The notes below the pieces were generated by a model, which was not told where the DNA came from, searched no databases, and was given only the letters and a program-made list of their open reading frames with translations. 26,173 nucleotides of DNA from Promethearchaeota archaeon (GTDB taxonomy: Archaea > Asgardarchaeota > Lokiarchaeia > Sigyniarchaeales > SOKP01): assembly GCA_018238625.1 (NCBI GenBank), contig JABCSY010000055.1, forward strand, positions 1 through 26,173, in the 5' to 3' direction. Below are positions 24,307-26,173 of the stretch, one piece after another. A program made the position numbers and the translations under genes. Positions within the stretch are counted from its first letter, which is position 1, and each line of letters begins with the position of its first letter.

Positions 24307-25332
24307 ATGATCCCCAGCATTGAATGGACTCACGATAATAAAGTGAAAATGATCGATCAAACTCTATTACCGCATAAACTTGAGTTTTTAGAGTTTAAGG
24401 ATTATAGAGATGTGGCAAACTCTATTAAAGTTATGAATATTAGAGGTGCTCCTGCAATTGGAGTTGCCGCAGCAATGGGAATGGCGTTAGCTACAATAGA
24501 ATATAAAGCGCTTCCAAAAGAAGAGTTCCTCAAAAGAGTGGAAGGCGCTGCAGATGTAATACGTGGTACAAGACCTACAGCATCTAACCTTTTTTGGGCC
24601 GTAAATAGAATTTGGAAGATTATAAGTTCTTTTCCAGACAACCCTTCAAATATTTCGGAACTGGTCGTTGAAGAAGCCAAATTAATGGCTCAAGAAGACG
24701 TTAATGTTAACAAAAATATTGGTAAAAACGGTGCTACTTTATTAGAAGATGGTGATGTTGTTTTAACTCATTGCAATGCGGGTTCGTTGGCTACGGTTCA
24801 ATATGGTACGGCATTAGCACCTATCAGGACTGCAATTGAAGGTGGTAAAAAAATTAGCGTGATTGCTGATGAAACGAGACCAAGATTACAAGGCGCTAGA
24901 TTAACTGCCTATGAACTTCAATACGATAAAATCCCTGTAAAAGTAATTTCTGATACATCTTCAGGTCTATTAATGAGGCTTGGAAAAGTAGATAAAGTAA
25001 TTGTAGGAACAGATAGAGTAACTTCAGACGCAGTTTTCAACAAAATTGGAACATACTTGGTCGCTTTAGCCGCGTACGACAATAAAGTGCCTTTTTACGT
25101 TGCGGCTCCAACTTCCACATTATCTCTTCATGAGACCGCTGAAGATGTTACTATTGAGCAAAGAGATAGTACTGAAGTAAAAAACGTACTTGGAAAGGTA
25201 CAAATCGTTCCTGACGGTGTAGAGTGCTTGAATTACGCGTTCGACATAACGCCATTTAGGTTGGTAACCGGTATTATTACTGAAGATGGCGTTTTTACAT
25301 CCGAAGAGTTATTAAAAAAATATAAGAGTTAA
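24307..25332 (+). CDS. mtnA: S-methyl-5-thioribose-1-phosphate isomerase (eIF2B-related family)
   Basis: IDQTLLP, IRGAPAIG, RPTASNL, THCNAGSLAT..YGTAL, DETRPRLQGARLT, NKIGT, IEQR, N-x-AFDITP. Confidence 0.9.
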   Translation: MIPSIEWTHDNKVKMIDQTLLPHKLEFLEFKDYRDVANSIKVMNIRGAPAIGVAAAMGMALATIEYKALPKEEFLKRVEGAADVIRGTRPTASNLFWAVNRIWKIISSFPDNPSNISELVVEEAKLMAQEDVNVNKNIGKNGATLLEDGDVVLTHCNAGSLATVQYGTALAPIRTAIEGGKKISVIADETRPRLQGARLTAYELQYDKIPVKVISDTSSGLLMRLGKVDKVIVGTDRVTSDAVFNKIGTYLVALAAYDNKVPFYVAAPTSTLSLHETAEDVTIEQRDSTEVKNVLGKVQIVPDGVECLNYAFDITPFRLVTGIITEDGVFTSEELLKKYKS

Positions 25333-25381
25333 CTTTAAGAACATTATAGAAAAACTAAAGAGTTACAAAAATTTATCAAAA

Positions 25382-25639
25382 TTGTTTAAAATGAGGTTTA
25401 ATGAGAAAGAAAAAGATGCACTTTTTAAGATTTTAATTTTTTCAGTAATTCAAATATATTGTATATATATCCATTTTATCATTTCTGCGCACTCAGGAGA
25501 TTTTAATTGGACAATCGAGAGGTTAATGTCATCTTTTGCAGGTTCGGTTATTCAAATTATCGACCTAATTACACTAATTAATGGAATAATTATCTTTTTG
25601 TATATCGTTATATTGTTAATATTACTGGCAAAAGATTAA
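25382..25639 (+). CDS. Small hypothetical 2-TM membrane protein
   Basis: 85-aa ORF (probable ATG at 25391) with two hydrophobic segments, filling the gap between mtnA and dus. Confidence 0.55.
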   Translation: MFKMRFNEKEKDALFKILIFSVIQIYCIYIHFIISAHSGDFNWTIERLMSSFAGSVIQIIDLITLINGIIIFLYIVILLILLAKD

Positions 25640-25651
25640 TTTTCTCGTCTC

Positions 25652-26173
25652 TTAATTATCAAAAATCTGTTCGAAAATATCTCGTAATTCATCTAAAGTT
25701 TTGGCTCTAGATATTTTTATCCTAATGTCGGTTGAGGGATGAATGTTTTGTGTTAGCCATATCGAATTTCTTTTTAATTCCACAAATTTATATCTTTCAA
25801 TAGGGTATGGAAACTCGATATTCTCATCTAGATAGTTATTTATGCAATGTTCGTAAAGTTCAATATGTTTTTTCAGTTTAGTTAAATTGTTGTTTAAAAC
25901 CTGTTCTACTCCTTCTTTCAAATAAGTATTAATTTGATGAAAGATTTCAGGATTTCCCATAGTTTCTCTCCCAATCATAATAGCATCAACCTTTGTAAAA
26001 TCCAAAAACATTTTTGCAGATTGAGGGCTGTTAATGCTTCCATTTCCAACCACAGGTATCTTTAATAGCTCTTTCAATCTTTTAACGGCTTTTAAATCAA
26101 GAGCAGTATCAACAAATCGATCTTTTACCGTTCTTCCATGAATAGTTATGAAATCAACGCTTGATTTATTAAC
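25652..26173 (-). CDS. dus: tRNA-dihydrouridine synthase family protein, C-terminal part (5' end outside the window)
   Basis: The frame is open to the window end: VNKSSVDFITIHGRT...IPVVGNGSI...VDAIMIGR..MGNPEIF, followed by a helical C-terminal domain. Confidence 0.88.
   Translation of the reverse strand, partial: VNKSSVDFITIHGRTVKDRFVDTALDLKAVKRLKELLKIPVVGNGSINSPQSAKMFLDFTKVDAIMIGRETMGNPEIFHQINTYLKEGVEQVLNNNLTKLKKHIELYEHCINNYLDENIEFPYPIERYKFVELKRNSIWLTQNIHPSTDIRIKISRAKTLDELRDIFEQIFDN

Noticed and set aside
24402-24680. 92-aa ORF on - inside mtnA
   Set aside because: Antisense shadow of a conserved gene.
24307-25332. Calling this a eukaryote-like eIF2B subunit or ribose-1,5-bisphosphate isomerase
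   Set aside because: The N-terminal DQTLLP segment and HCNAGSLAT..YGTAL / RPRLQGARLT motifs are those of the MtnA subfamily.
1-26173. CRISPR arrays, tRNA/rRNA genes, IS elements or prophage
   Set aside because: No regularly spaced repeats, cloverleaf motifs, transposase/integrase ORFs or terminal inverted repeats with target duplications were seen by eye.

Overview
AT-rich archaeal DNA with about 20 genes and one structured RNA. An archaeal-type SRP RNA, GGTG(A) Shine-Dalgarno motifs, TATA-like promoters, oligo-T terminators, a tungsten AOR and a stand-alone V4R-like protein point to an archaeon. Gene content and composition suggest Lokiarchaeia/Asgard, which is inference only. The window opens with a partial 3-methyladenine glycosylase, a V4R-like gene and an unannotated ~305-nt SRP (7S) RNA on the minus strand. 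It continues with membrane proteins, an alpha/beta hydrolase, two tandem Ldh_2-family dehydrogenases and a CDF transporter with three C-terminal domains. The central catabolic block has a Thr-nucleophile sulfatase-like hydrolase, an FNR-[2Fe-2S] reductase translationally coupled to a CrtI/RetSat-like flavoprotein, and a GH29 fucosidase. Divergent from these is a ~1000-aa glycyl radical enzyme (GRE) with an N-terminal SCP2 lipid-binding-like domain, followed by its activase and a convergent AOR that appears to start at an ATC codon. The window ends with an M19 dipeptidase, DUF1848, a GlcD-like FAD oxidoreductase, mtnA and a partial Dus. The best candidate for an undescribed system is the SCP2-fused eliminase-type GRE with its activase, possibly an anaerobic radical enzyme acting on lipids. 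No CRISPR array, tRNA, rRNA or mobile element was seen. All family calls are by-eye motif recognition, not database searches.
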